Source: Nitrospirota bacterium (lineage in GTDB: Bacteria > Nitrospirota > UBA9217). Taken from it: 64,000 nucleotides of DNA. Shown piece by piece: positions 10,903 through 21,933 of the stretch. The notes under the pieces are model-generated. The model ran no database searches. It had not been told where the DNA came from and worked only from the letters and a program-made list of their open reading frames with translations. The stretch covers positions 1,632,001 through 1,696,000 of the forward strand of contig CAWFSF010000006.1 of the NCBI GenBank assembly GCA_963818475.1, given 5' to 3'. How positions within the stretch are numbered: position 1 is the stretch's first letter; every line of letters begins with the position of its first letter. A program made the position numbers and the translations under genes.

Positions 10903-10938
10903 TAAAAAGGCCCTTCCTATGACCGGAGGGCCTTTGCT
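10903..10938 (-). terminator. Intrinsic terminator after pheT
   Basis: Minus-strand AAAGGCCCTCCGGTCATAGGAAGGGCCTTTTT. Confidence 0.65.
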
Positions 10939-10963
10939 ATAACGATAAAGAAGTTAACGATTT

Positions 10964-12666
10964 CTATGCTTTTTTCTGCCTCAGCGCCAGCAGAACGTCC
11001 AGGCTTATCTCGAAGGCAGCCGAGGGCATGGTGATCTGACGGCGTTCGAGCACCTCAGGCCGCAGCTCGCCGATGAACCCCGCCTCGCGCCCGGACGCAA
11101 CGATCCTGCCGCAACGGCCCGGCAGATAGAGCGGGTGCTCCGCGGGATCAAGCTTATACTCGATGCCCAGGTAATAGAGCAGGATATCGAGGAACGAGTG
11201 CATCTCGGAGAAATTCGCGGTCGGGTGCGAGATGAGCGACGCGAGCAGAAGGTCCGTGCGCGTTCCCATGTTCTGCTCAGGGTCGAGCACGGCCACCTCG
11301 CCGACCTCGAATATGCGATGCGGATAGAACGCCTTCGAGCTTGCCGTCTCGACGCTCAGGATCGACGGGACGACGCGGTTCCTGAGCACCGAATAGGCGA
11401 GCGACATCGGGTTCGCCACTTCGACGAGCTTCTCATCAGGCGACAGCGTATCCTCCAGCTCTTCGCGGGAGCAGAGGATATTGGACATGATCTCCTGGAA
11501 GCCCGACCCGACCATGTTCCCGCGCACCGTGTCCGACAGCAGTTCAAGCGCTGACAACGAGCCGACCGTCGACTGCTGCGGCATGATCGGCTGGAACGAG
11601 CCATATCCCCTGCTGATGGCATAGTCCTCAACGAGGTCCATGGGGTGCATGATATCGTCGCGGTAGGGCGGCACCACGACCGTTACTGCCCCGCTGGAGG
11701 CGGTGACGCGGTGCCCGTAGGCGCTTAAATGCTTTTTCACGTCGGTTAAGAGAAACGTTCTCACCGAGCCCGGCTGAAAATGTTTCGAGCGACACCTTCA
11801 TCTTGACGGAGGTATCATGGGGGAACGATATGCTCTTGCCGAGTTCGGTGGCATAGGGGTACAGGACCTTCACCGGCTCGATGTCGGCGCCGCGGTCGTA
11901 GAAGCTGGCAGCCAGGATATTGAGCGTCAGCACCGTCATCCTGAAATCCGTTCCGGTCACCTCGATCAGCACGCTTCGCGTCGTCGGCTTCACCTCGCCG
12001 ATCTCCGTGCTGTTGATGATCGGCGGGAACGAGAGCACGCGACCCAGGCTGTCGGTCAGGACCGGGTACTCCGGGAAGGACTTCACGATAGTGCCGTAGG
12101 CGATGCCTTTGGGGTGCTGTTCGAGGATCTCGGCAAGCGTCAGCTTCCGGTCCATGCCGAGCGGCGTAAACGATACTGATGACGGCTCTGCCAGGCGGTA
12201 GTCCACGGGAAAGGCGATCTTGTCGAGTTCGTAGATGCCGATCGAGACCGTGGAGCGCTTCCTGCCGAAGATCTCGGCAAGCTTGTCCTGGCTCTGGATC
12301 ATCTGCGCCAGAACATCGCTGCTCATGCGCATGCCGCTGGCAGTACAGGCGGCGATGAAGGGCCGCACGGTCTTCATGCCTTTGGCGACCCGGATCTCCC
12401 GCGTCGCCTTCCTGCCGTGCTGGAAGTAGGGAGAAGCTTCCGGCTTGCCGGCAAGGAAGATCCTGATCTGGCGCGCGATGCCCTCGGCAGACCACAGGTC
12501 GGGCCGGTTGCTGTCGGAAAGCTCGACCTTGAGATCGTCGGTCTCGGCAATGTATTCCTTGAGCTCGGCCTTGGCAAGCATGAGGCTGCTTTTCGAGCGT
12601 CTCAAGGGAAAGTTTCTTTCCGATGAGTCCGTCGAGGTCGCGTTTTTTGATGTCGATAGTAGGCAT
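10964..12666 (-). CDS. pheT: Phenylalanine--tRNA ligase beta subunit, short archaeal/eukaryal type (frameshifted)
   Basis: MPTIDI..., DSNRPDLWSAEGIAR, VLSFPPIINS, YRDDIMHPMDLVED; about 565 aa, with no B2 OB-fold and no C-terminal FDX-ACB domain. Confidence 0.9.
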
Positions 12667-12676
12667 GTTTTAAAAT

Positions 12677-12765
12677 CAGGGTTCAGGGTACAGGGTTTAG
12701 GGGTCAGGGTTAGGTTCTGGTCGTCAGGATCCAGTTTTTACTGAACCCTGAACCCTGTCCCCTGG
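12677..12765. repeat. Heptamer (CAGGGTT-like) periodic inverted-repeat element
   Basis: cagggttcagggtacagggtttaggggtcagggtt ... ctgaaccctgaaccctgtcccctgg, lying between pheS and pheT. Confidence 0.75.
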
Positions 12766-12805
12766 ATCCTTTGGCATTTGGAGCTTATTTGTTATTGAAG
12801 TTTGC

Positions 12806-14374
12806 TTACCCTAGTTGTATCTTCTTCGTCCTTATAAAATCCAGATCGCGCGAGAACAGCTCGCGGATGTCCTGGATGCCGAGAGCGACCATGGCCATGC
12901 GGTCCAGACCGAGGCCCCAGGCGATCACGGGCACATCGACGCCGAGCGGCTTCGTGACCTCCGGCCTGAATATGCCTGCGCCGCCAAGCTCCATCCAGCC
13001 CAGTTCAGGGTGCTTCACATGCAGCTCCACGGACGGTTCGGTGAACGGGAAATAGGCCGGGCGGAACTGGAACTCCCCGGCCTTGGCGATCTCCTGGCCG
13101 AAGAGCTGCAGCAGGCCCAGGAGGGTGGTGAAGTTAATGTCCTCGCCGAGCACAATGCCCTCTACCTGGTAGAAGTCAGGCGCATGCGTGGCATCGACAG
13201 CATCGTAGCGGAAACAGCGGGCGATGGAGAAATACTTCCCCGGGATCTTCGGCCCTGAGGCCAGGGTGCGTGCCGACACGGCCGTGCCCTGGCTCCGGAG
13301 GATCAGCCGTTTTGCGCGCTCGACATCGAAGGGATAACGCCAGCCGGTCGAACCCGTCTTTCCGCCGTCCTTGTGCGCTGCCGCGACCTGCTTTGCAAAA
13401 GGCTCTTCTATTTTTTTGCAGGAAGAAGGCTCTTTCACGAAATAGACGTCGTGAATGTTCCTCGCCGGATGGAACTGCGGCATGAACAGCGCGTCCATGT
13501 CCCAGAACTCGTTCTCCACCAGCGGGCCGCGCATTTCCTCGAACCCCATGCCGATGAACTTGTATTTGACGAAATCGAGGAATTCCTTGTAGGGGTGCTT
13601 CCTGCCGATGCTCTGGCGAGGGGGGTTGAGGGCGATATTATAGGAACGGAACTTTTTATTCTTCCAGGTCCCCTGCTTCAGCATCTCCGGGGTGAGCAAC
13701 GATGCTTCTTCAGCAACAACTCCGCGCTCCCGTGATCAGCCGGAGCATGTCCTTGCCCTCGGGGGTCAGCGAATAGGAGCGGTTCTTCTTTTCGGTGATG
13801 CGGAAAATGCCTTTGGACTTGCCTCGTTTGTGAAAGTTCGCCTGGATGGCAGCCTGATGCGCTTCGGAGAAAGTGATTCCAGCTCCGCCTGTTCTTTCTC
13901 TGATGCGGTCTTGATAAGACCGGACAGGAATTCATAGGCCGTGATATCGGCGCCGGAAACGAGTTCCAGAACGCCGCCCTGAACGATCCGGACAACACCG
14001 GCCTCCCGGAGCCCGCCCATTGCCGAGCTCACTTCGGAAGGTTCCATGCCCCAGCTCTGGATGACATCCTTTACCGTGAACTGTTTGCCCTCGCGAAGCG
14101 CCGTGATGATCCGCATCTCGGGCGTGCCTTTTTCGAGGTAGTCCCTGCCCGTTTCCGTGAGGGTGACGAGCGACGTGATCGATTCGTCCGTCACCAGGAG
14201 CAGGCCCTTGGGCTGGAGCCAGCCCGACGCCATGTCCAGCCGCGACTCATCGAGGCCGGAGCACTGCATGATGTCCGGTGCGGAAAAAGATCCGCCGCGC
14301 TCGAAGCAGAGCAGCACTTTGTGCTCAAGCGGGTGGAGACTTTCGAGCATTGCTATGAGGTCGATTTGTGCCAT
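12806..14374 (-). CDS. pheS: Phenylalanine--tRNA ligase alpha subunit, long archaeal type (frameshifted)
   Basis: N-terminal LHPLEHKVL winged-helix extension; FMPQFHPARNIHD, CFRYDAVDATH, YFPFTEPS, GAGIFRPEV, WGLGLDR; about 520 aa. Confidence 0.9.
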
Positions 14375-14386
14375 ACAGTGCGGCTA

Positions 14387-14415
14387 AGATTACGTGGATT
14401 GATATTTTTTGTCAA
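14387..14415 (-). promoter_or_regulatory. sigma70 promoter of pheS, giving a near-leaderless transcript
   Basis: TTGACA-N17-TAATCT; the -10 element ends 12 nt before ATG 14374. Confidence 0.65.
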
Positions 14416-14461
14416 GAAAAAACAGATTGACTGAGGTCGTAAGCGTATGATAAGGTGAGTT

Positions 14462-14878
14462 ATGGCGAGTATAAAGATAAAACCAGTGTTGAGCTATACA
14501 CTGCTTTGCGATGATGTCCGTCAGGAGCTTGGCGGCAAGTTCAGCCTCATGGGGCTCTTCGAGAGCATCTTCTCAGGCAGCTTCCCGGCGGTCCATCCGC
14601 GGTTTGCCATCGTGAACGAGTGGACCGGCGGCAAGGGCGAGTTCCTCGCAAAGATACGGCTCCTCGCTCCGGACAAAGCACAGGTCCTTTCGGAGTCGGA
14701 GAGCAAGCTGGCGCTGTACAGCGAAACGCAGCGGCATCGGGACATTGCCGTCCGCTTTAACACCACCTTCCCCGCCGCCGGCACCTACTGGGTGGAGATC
14801 CTCCTTGACAACGAGCGCATCAGTCTGGTCCCGCTGATAGTGCAATTGGCCGGGCAGCAGCAACAGATGGTCCACTGA
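14462..14878 (+). CDS. Conserved hypothetical protein (DUF6941-like)
   Basis: LLCDDVRQELGGKFSLMGLF...GTYWVEI pattern. Confidence 0.7.
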   Translation: MASIKIKPVLSYTLLCDDVRQELGGKFSLMGLFESIFSGSFPAVHPRFAIVNEWTGGKGEFLAKIRLLAPDKAQVLSESESKLALYSETQRHRDIAVRFNTTFPAAGTYWVEILLDNERISLVPLIVQLAGQQQQMVH

Positions 14879-14890
14879 GTTCCCCTCTCC

Positions 14891-15508
14891 TCACTCAAGC
14901 GTTATGAACGGCGAACCGCCTTCCTTTGACTTGAGCTCCTGCAGCAGTTTCTCCGCATCTGCCCGATTCGAAAACCGGCCAAGCCGAACGCGGTACCAGG
15001 TGCTCGTGCCCTGATCAAAAGCCACGACAAATGCAGCATACCCCTGTTTCTTCTTGTTCTTCACTTCCTCTTCAGCCAGTCTTTTTTCCGGGTAGGAAGC
15101 AAGCTGTATCGTATAGCGAGGCTGCCCTCCTGCGGTCGGCGCTGGCTTGGGCATTGCTAAAGGCGGAGACGGCTTGAGATCGGCCTTGGTATCAGGCTTC
15201 GGGCGCATCTCTGCCGCAGTTTCCCGCTTAACGGCCTGAGGAGCCGTCTCAGCAGGCCGGGGCTTGACATCGATCGAGACCGTCTTGTTGTCCTTTTCCG
15301 TCAGTGTCTTGTAAAAAGTGAACTCTTCCGGCTTGGGTATCTGCTGCGAGAGCACCTCGGGAAGCGGCGGAAGCGGTTCCCCTGTAGCAGCCGCCTTGGC
15401 CCTGGTCGAACCGATATAATACCCCAGGAAGAAAATGCCGATCATAAGGCCGATGCCGATGGGCACGATCAGAATGCTGGAAATAATGCCGCCTCGCTGA
15501 TTATTCAT
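14891..15508 (-). CDS. SPOR-domain cell division protein (FtsN/DedD-like)
   Basis: N-terminal TM, EFTFYKTL, Pro/Lys-rich linker, YTIQLAS...WYRVRLG. Confidence 0.85.
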   Translation of the reverse strand: MNNQRGGIISSILIVPIGIGLMIGIFFLGYYIGSTRAKAAATGEPLPPLPEVLSQQIPKPEEFTFYKTLTEKDNKTVSIDVKPRPAETAPQAVKRETAAEMRPKPDTKADLKPSPPLAMPKPAPTAGGQPRYTIQLASYPEKRLAEEEVKNKKKQGYAAFVVAFDQGTSTWYRVRLGRFSNRADAEKLLQELKSKEGGSPFITLE

Positions 15509-15631
15509 ATGCTTGCCTTTCTGTCCGCTGCAGCTTCGCAGGATGTTTCTCTATCGTAACCTGCAGCGCGTTATAAAACGAAATAGAGTAGCCCGCACGG
15601 GAATTGAAGCATTCACAAGAAGTCTAAATTT

Positions 15632-15711
15632 ACCACAGAGACACGGAGACACGGAGAAGAACAAGATAAAAATGTATGGCTTTTCTCCGTGCCCTCTGTG
15701 CCTCTGTGGTT
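15632..15711. repeat. Octamer (CACGGAGA) periodic inverted-repeat element
   Basis: accacagagacacggagacacggaga ... tctccgtgccctctgtgcctctgtggt. Confidence 0.8.
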
Positions 15712-15764
15712 ATATCTGACTTATAAAGAGTTCATCTTTGTGTAAAACATTCAGAATACGAGCA

Positions 15765-16823
15765 TTAATTGATGTTCTCTGGACGAATGAACATCGCGTC
15801 GCCGTAGCTGTAAAAACGGTACTGTTGCTCAACCGCCATCTGATATGCCGCCAGGACCCGTTCCCTTCCGGCGAATGCGGAAACGAGCATCAGGAGTGTC
15901 GACTTCGGCAGATGAAAGTTCGTGATGATGCCGTCGACGATCCTGAACGCAAAGCCCGGATAAATGAACAGCCGGGAACTTCCCTCCCCTGCCGCGACCG
16001 TTCCCTCTGCCCGAGCGGCCGTCTCAAGTGTGCGCACGCTGGTAGTCCCGACCGCAATGATACGCCGGCCCTCGCTCCGGGCGCGATTGATCGCGTCGGC
16101 GGCATCAGGAGCGATCTCGAAGCGCTCCGGGAGCATCCGGTGCTCAACGATCTTTTCTGCGCGGACGGGTTGAAACGTGCCGGGCCCGACGTGAAGCGTG
16201 ACCATGGTCGAGCCCACGCCTTTCGCTGCAAGCCTGTCGAGCAAATCGCGGGTAAAGTGCAAACCGGCCGTGGGAGCTGCTACCGCTCCCTCATGGGCTG
16301 CATACACGGTCTGATAGCGGTCCAGGTCCGCCTTCGTAGGCTCCCGCTTGATATAGGGAGGCAGTGGCGTCCTGCCAACGTCGGCGAGGAGGCTCCTGAT
16401 GTCCGGAACGCCATGAAAACGAACACGCTTCGTGCCATCGTCGCCGCTGCTGACGATCTCGGCCTCAACACCAGCGTCAAGGACCAACTGCTTTCCTGCA
16501 GGAACTCCTCCCTTGACCAGAGCGTCCCAGAGATTCAGCCCCTGCTCGGCAAGCAGGAATATCTCGGCCTTGCCTCCGCCTGGCTTTTTTGCAGGCAGCC
16601 TGCAGGGAAAAACCCTGGTATTGTTCAACACCAGCAGGTCGCCGGGGAGGAGATAGTGCTCAATGTCCAGAAAAATGCGATGTTCAACAACGCCGGAGAG
16701 ACGATCAAGGACCATAAGGCGCGAACGGTCCCGCTCTTGAGCAGGCTCCTGGGCAATAAGCGATTCAGGAAGAGCGAAATCAAAATCAGCGAGGGTGAGT
16801 TGGTCTGCGGCCGGGACGATCAT
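15765..16823 (-). CDS. queA: S-adenosylmethionine:tRNA ribosyltransferase-isomerase
   Basis: DFDFALPESLIAQEP, PLPPYI, AVAAPTAGLHF, TNFHLPKSTL, YRFYSYGDAM. Confidence 0.97.
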   Translation of the reverse strand: MIVPAADQLTLADFDFALPESLIAQEPAQERDRSRLMVLDRLSGVVEHRIFLDIEHYLLPGDLLVLNNTRVFPCRLPAKKPGGGKAEIFLLAEQGLNLWDALVKGGVPAGKQLVLDAGVEAEIVSSGDDGTKRVRFHGVPDIRSLLADVGRTPLPPYIKREPTKADLDRYQTVYAAHEGAVAAPTAGLHFTRDLLDRLAAKGVGSTMVTLHVGPGTFQPVRAEKIVEHRMLPERFEIAPDAADAINRARSEGRRIIAVGTTSVRTLETAARAEGTVAAGEGSSRLFIYPGFAFRIVDGIITNFHLPKSTLLMLVSAFAGRERVLAAYQMAVEQQYRFYSYGDAMFIRPENIN

Positions 16824-16850
16824 GGCAGGATAGTACCATAGTTAGGAACA

Positions 16851-16970
16851 ATATCCAAATAACAAATCCTAAATCATAAGTAATCAGCAGGCTCCAAACT
16901 TCAATGGTCCGTTTGGAATCTGATAATTTAGTTTTAGTGTTTATTTGTCATTTAGCATTTGTGATTTGGT
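16851..16970. repeat. Degenerate heptamer (CAAAT-type) inverted-repeat element
   Basis: ccaaataacaaatcctaaatcataa ... atttgtcatttagcatttgtgatttgg. Confidence 0.55.
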
Positions 16971-16977
16971 GCTGGTT

Positions 16978-18109
16978 CTACTCAAGCGACCGTTTCCAGC
17001 CCCGTTCGAGCTCCTCATAGGAGATCATGATACCGCTGCTGACGGCCCTGCCCGTGTCCGCGCCTTTGCCAAGCTCTTCCAGTACGGTCTTGACACGATA
17101 CATACCGAAAGAATCAACCATATACCGGACCGAGGAAAGGCTGAAGAGATAGGCATACATGGCCTGCGTATTACCAAGCCCCATGAACGAGCCCTCGAGA
17201 TTCGAAAGCGAAGGGAGTTTCCCGGCCTGGGCGATTCTTTTAAGCGCTTCTTTCTGGCGGCTGTCGAGCTCCCGGCCTTCGAAAGTACTGCGCCAGTCCT
17301 TCGTTCAGCCAGGTGGGACAGTTCGGCGTGATCGCCCGCATCACCGCATGCGCGTACTCGTGATACAAAAGCTTTCTGAGGCCAGGCGTTTCCTGTTCGA
17401 TGCCGCCGATCGGGATGCGGATCTTTCCGTCGTAGATCCCGCCGCTCCATCCCGGAGCATCGGTCACCTCCTGGAACTGCTGGCCGGAATACAGGACGAC
17501 CTGCAGCTCGCGGTCAGGATAGTACGACAGGCCGCGCCCCACAGAACCGTAGGCATCCTCAAGGATCCTGAGAACGATCCGGCCCGCCTCGATCTTTTCC
17601 CTGCCTTCATACTTTACCAGGAAATGGCTCGTCACATCGCGATTGAAATCCTTTTCTGTCCGGTGCTCCTTGCGGATCCGTTCGAGCCGAGCACGGATAT
17701 CGGCTGCAGCAGGATTAAGTTCCACAGCCTTCTCCCAGTAGGATACTGCGGTCTCGAGATCGTCCCTGCGGTAAAATAGCTCGCCCAGAACCTGGTATGC
17801 GGTCGCATCCCCGGGATTAAGCTCAGCGGCTTTCGTGAGCTCCCGCTCGGCATAGCTATCGTCGCGCAAATGAAAGTATACGACGCCGAGGCCAAGATGG
17901 GCCGTTGCAGAGGAATCATCGTATCGCAGCGACTGCTCGAACGATTCCCGGGCAGCTTGATAATCGACGGCTTTCATCTGATCCATGCCCGTCTTGAGGT
18001 AGCGGGCAGCCGTGTTCTGCTCCGTCGTCTGAGCGTGAGAGGCCGCGGCTCCGGCGATCACTTGCATAAGCGTAAGAACAACGATAGCCGCTCTGAACAT
18101 TTTTCGCAT
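16978..18109 (-). CDS. Secreted TPR protein with peptidase MA-like (HEXXH) domain (frameshift near 17280)
   Basis: Signal peptide, TPR repeats, HEYAH...WLNEGLAQ; the C-terminus continues in ORF 16978-17184. Confidence 0.8.
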
Positions 18110-18157
18110 TAAACAATTCCTCGACCTGGGCAAGCGGTGACCAGCATTCCCGGGCAT

Positions 18158-18556
18158 TTATCCCGCCATCACCTTCACCTGCACACGCCGGTCCCGGGGT
18201 CCGTCGAACTCACAGAAGAATATCGCCTGCCAGGTACCCAGCGCGAGCCGGCCATCCTCGATCATGATGACCTTGGAAACGCCTATAAGGCTCGACTTGA
18301 TGTGCGCAGCCGAATTGCCTTCGCTGTGGCCGTACTGATCGTCAAATGGAATGACCTTGTTCAGCTCCTTCAGGATATCGCGCCCTACATTGGGGTCCGA
18401 ATTCTCGTTGATCGTGATGGCCGATGTCGTATGGGGCACGTAGACATGGCAGATCCCCGAACGCACGCCGCTCTCGGCCACCACCCGCTGGACGCCCGCG
18501 GTGATATCCACGAACTCGGTCCTGGCACTTGACTTTACCCTCAGTTGTTTGATCAT
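18158..18556 (-). CDS. yjbQ: YjbQ family protein (secondary thiamine-phosphate synthase)
   Basis: HTTSAITINEN, HSEGNSAAHIKS, LGTWQAIFFCEFDGPR. Confidence 0.93.
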   Translation of the reverse strand: MIKQLRVKSSARTEFVDITAGVQRVVAESGVRSGICHVYVPHTTSAITINENSDPNVGRDILKELNKVIPFDDQYGHSEGNSAAHIKSSLIGVSKVIMIEDGRLALGTWQAIFFCEFDGPRDRRVQVKVMAG

Positions 18557-18572
18557 GAGAACCCCCTTCTAT

Positions 18573-18673
18573 ATCGGATTTCGGATTGCGGATTTCGGAT
18601 TAACCCCTGATTCTGCCAAAGACTTTTCCGTCCCTGATTTACATTCCGCAATCCGCAATCCGAAATCCGAAAT
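18573..18673. repeat. Heptamer (AATCCGC/AATCCGA) periodic inverted-repeat element
   Basis: atcggatttcggattgcggatttcggatt ... attccgcaatccgcaatccgaaatccgaaat. Confidence 0.85.
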
Positions 18674-18674
18674 T

Positions 18675-20306
18675 TTATATTCCCATATCCTCCCGCCCCC
18701 GGCCGCGTTTTTCTTCGACAATGGGGTAGATGATGTGGGTGATGAGCGAATTTATTCGCGCAATGTTCCCGATGATGTCCAGGTGGATATGGCTTGTTTC
18801 GATCGATTCCCGCAGCCCCTTGCGCAGCCGCTCCAGATGGGCCTGGACAAGTTCACGTTCGAGCTGGCCCAACTCTTCCTTATTCCTCAGGACCCGCTCG
18901 GCGAGATCGCGATCATTATTTGCGAAGGCGGCAATGGCAAAATCGAAGTTCTCGATCGTCTTTTTGTGGAACGAAACGATCTCCGCCATCCCCTCCTGCG
19001 AGAACACGAACCCCTTGGTGATGCGCTTGAGCGCGATCGGCATGATGTTCCGGTCGATGATATCGCCGATATTCTCAAGGTCCCGCGTCACTTCCAGAAC
19101 GGTCATGACGCGGCGTGACTGCGATTCCGTGAGCGTAGAGGACGACAGGCGCGCGATATACAGCCGTATCTGACGGTCCAGCAGATCAACCAGGTTGTCC
19201 TTGTGTTTAATGTCCTCAACGATGGCCGGATCATCACTCTGCAGCCCCCTGATCATATCGGTCAGCATTTCGCGCACGATATCGGAAGTCCGCAGCGCTT
19301 CGCGCGTGGCCTGTCCCAGGGCCAGTGAAGGCGTGCCCAGCACATGGTCGTCAAGGTACATAGGGCCGAACCGTTTTTCCTCGGCTTTTTCAGGAACCAG
19401 TTTCACGAGCAACCGGGCGAACAGCCCGAGGAACGGCAGAAAGACCACGGCCATGATCACATTGAAAAGCGTATTGGCATTGGCGATCTGGCGCATCACA
19501 TCCGGCGTCGTCTGTTCCACCAGCCGTTGATAGGGGTGCAGCAGCGGCAGGAACAGGAGCACGCCGAATACCTTGAACAGCACATGCGCCCAGGCCACAC
19601 GCCGCGCTTCGGCCGGGGAGCGCATGCTCGCGATCAGCGCCGTTGCGCAGGTTCCGATGTTCGCGCCCAGGATGATATGGAGCGCAGACTGCAGCGGGAT
19701 CAAACCGCTCGTTGCAAGGGCCAGGGCGATTCCCATGGTCGCGGCGCTGCTGTGGATAAGGGCCGTGACCGCGGCCGACAGCAGGATGCCGATAAAGGGC
19801 GTGCCGGTGAGGGCGATGAACACGTTCCGGAAGAGCTCGTTTCCCTGGAGCGGCAGCATCGCATCGATCATGATCTTGAGCGAAAGGAAAACGAACCCGA
19901 AGCCGAGAATACCCTGCCCGATATTCTTGTAAAACGTGTTTTTCGTAAACAGGGTGAACGACAGGCCGACCCCGACCAGCAGTACGGCATAATCGTAGAC
20001 GTGAAAAGCGATCAGTTGGACCGTAAGTGTGGCGCCGATGTCCGCACCGAGGATCACGGCCAGGGTCTGCCGGAAGGTCATCAGCCCGGCGCTCACGAAG
20101 CCCACGAGCATCACCGATGTGGCGCTGCTCGACTGGATGAGGCCGGTCAGGAACGCACCAGCCCCCACTGCCGAAAGCCGGTTGCTGGTGAGCGAACGAA
20201 GCAGCGAACGGATCCTGCTGCCCGCCGCGTTCTGCAAACCGTCGTTCAAGAGCTTGATGCCGTACAGAAGAAGAAGAACTCCGCCGAAGAGGCTGATGAC
20301 TATCAT
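18675..20306 (-). CDS. Na+/phosphate cotransporter family protein with PhoU domains
   Basis: IQSSSATS, GADIGAT, HSSAAT and GANIGT repeats; C-terminal DLENIGD PhoU-like region. Confidence 0.92.
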   Translation of the reverse strand: MIVISLFGGVLLLLYGIKLLNDGLQNAAGSRIRSLLRSLTSNRLSAVGAGAFLTGLIQSSSATSVMLVGFVSAGLMTFRQTLAVILGADIGATLTVQLIAFHVYDYAVLLVGVGLSFTLFTKNTFYKNIGQGILGFGFVFLSLKIMIDAMLPLQGNELFRNVFIALTGTPFIGILLSAAVTALIHSSAATMGIALALATSGLIPLQSALHIILGANIGTCATALIASMRSPAEARRVAWAHVLFKVFGVLLFLPLLHPYQRLVEQTTPDVMRQIANANTLFNVIMAVVFLPFLGLFARLLVKLVPEKAEEKRFGPMYLDDHVLGTPSLALGQATREALRTSDIVREMLTDMIRGLQSDDPAIVEDIKHKDNLVDLLDRQIRLYIARLSSSTLTESQSRRVMTVLEVTRDLENIGDIIDRNIMPIALKRITKGFVFSQEGMAEIVSFHKKTIENFDFAIAAFANNDRDLAERVLRNKEELGQLERELVQAHLERLRKGLRESIETSHIHLDIIGNIARINSLITHIIYPIVEEKRGRGREDMGI

Positions 20307-20566
20307 GATGTACTATGCCTAATTTCCCCTGGTTCGTCAACGGGAAACTGACCGCTACCAGGACTTTTGCCTCCCGACGGTTCACTCTGCGATTTTTTTC
20401 CTGATGAAACGATCACGATCATCCACCGGCATATATTTAGCTAATGCGATTGCACCCATCCCTTCGTATAGTGCATAACAATACCTGTCAGGCGGATCGG
20501 CTTGACTGTCTGCAATCGCGAGATATGATAACTACATACGTTGCCGACAGTGTAAGTGAGAATACC

Positions 20567-21499
20567 ATGCAGAAGGCCTTGCAGTGTGCACTTGTTCTTC
20601 TTCTGGCAGGAACGCCGGCCCCTGCAATGCAGGGCATGGCGAAGGCTGCCGCAGAGAATGTGGAGACGCCTGAGGCACAGAGGACCCCACAGTCCGCTTC
20701 TGACGGGGCTGACGGATGGATGCTTCTCTGGAGCCCTCCCGACGAACTCTATCATCGGCCGATCGCGGACCCGCATCGTTCAGGATTCGCGTTCATCTAC
20801 GGTCACTATAGTGATCCGGAGATCTCCCAGGCGGGCGACTCCCGGCTCTTGATCAGGATGGGGGGTAGCTACGGCCTGTTCAGGATCCATCCTCCGGGAG
20901 CGCAGGACAAGGGATACCAGGTCGACATCGGGGCGAACTTTCTCGGGCAGTTCGACGTCGACCACTCCCTGGACAATATCGGTTGGGACGGCATTTATCA
21001 TCTGACGTTCACCTGGGCGGACGGCGAGGGACTAGCGCTGAAGCTCGGAACGCTTCACGACTCGAGCCACGTGGGTGACGAGTATGCGGAGCGAACAGGA
21101 AGGCGGCGGCTCGGATATACGCGGGAAGAAGCGGTGCTGGGCGTGAGCCGGTCCCTTCCGAAGGGGTGGCGCGCCTATGGCGAGGCTGGGCGTGCATACC
21201 ACCGCAGCAACAAAGAAGAGATGGGCCTTTTGCGCGCGCAAGCTGGCGTTGATTACGAATCTCCCTACCGAGTGTGGGGCGGCGCTCTGTCGTGGTATGC
21301 AGCTCTGGACTGCTCCGCCTATCAGGAGAACGAATGGCATGGAAATACCGCACTTCAAGCAGGAGTGGTGCTGCCGCAGGAAGAGACCGGGCGGCGTTAT
21401 CGCTTCGGCATTGAATATTACCGGGGCCGCTCCCCCTTGGGTGAATTCTTCCGGAATAAGGAATCGGTCATCGGGATAGGCTTCTGGTGGGACCTGTAG
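20567..21499 (+). CDS. DUF1207-like outer-membrane protein
   Basis: Signal peptide, IADP, HDSSHVGDEY, YYRGRSPLGEFF, terminal aromatic strand. Confidence 0.75.
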   Translation: MQKALQCALVLLLAGTPAPAMQGMAKAAAENVETPEAQRTPQSASDGADGWMLLWSPPDELYHRPIADPHRSGFAFIYGHYSDPEISQAGDSRLLIRMGGSYGLFRIHPPGAQDKGYQVDIGANFLGQFDVDHSLDNIGWDGIYHLTFTWADGEGLALKLGTLHDSSHVGDEYAERTGRRRLGYTREEAVLGVSRSLPKGWRAYGEAGRAYHRSNKEEMGLLRAQAGVDYESPYRVWGGALSWYAALDCSAYQENEWHGNTALQAGVVLPQEETGRRYRFGIEYYRGRSPLGEFFRNKESVIGIGFWWDL

Positions 21500-21612
21500 A
21501 ACTGCGGTGCAGTGCGCCCGGGATCTTTATAAACAGATCGTGTCGCCTCTTTACGACGGAATCGATACGCGGGCAACGGATCGTTCCCGACACGGGCAGA
21601 ACGATACAGTTG

Positions 21613-21933
21613 TTATCGCTCCAAAGCACCATTCTCTCCACTTTTTGCCGATACGGCGGGCCGCTTTCTCCGGCTGCCGACGATCCTGCTGACAACCATC
21701 GTTACAACCATGCTGATCATTGCCAACACGAGGAAACTCGCGATCATGCCTGCAAGCACGAACAGCCGTATGACTAGATCGGAGCCTGTGGCCTGTCCCA
21801 GCACGGCGCCTGCCGCCTTCATACCGGCGATCCCTCCCAGGAACGAGCCGGGCAGGATCCCGTGCAGGAAGAGGAGAACGAAGACGAGCACGATCCACCC
21901 GCAGCGTCCCACCGATGTCTGTTCATCAGCCAT
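21613..21933 (-). CDS. Small hypothetical membrane protein
   Basis: Hydrophobic 106-aa ORF containing GILPGSFLGG. Confidence 0.55.
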   Translation of the reverse strand: MADEQTSVGRCGWIVLVFVLLFLHGILPGSFLGGIAGMKAAGAVLGQATGSDLVIRLFVLAGMIASFLVLAMISMVVTMVVSRIVGSRRKRPAVSAKSGENGALER

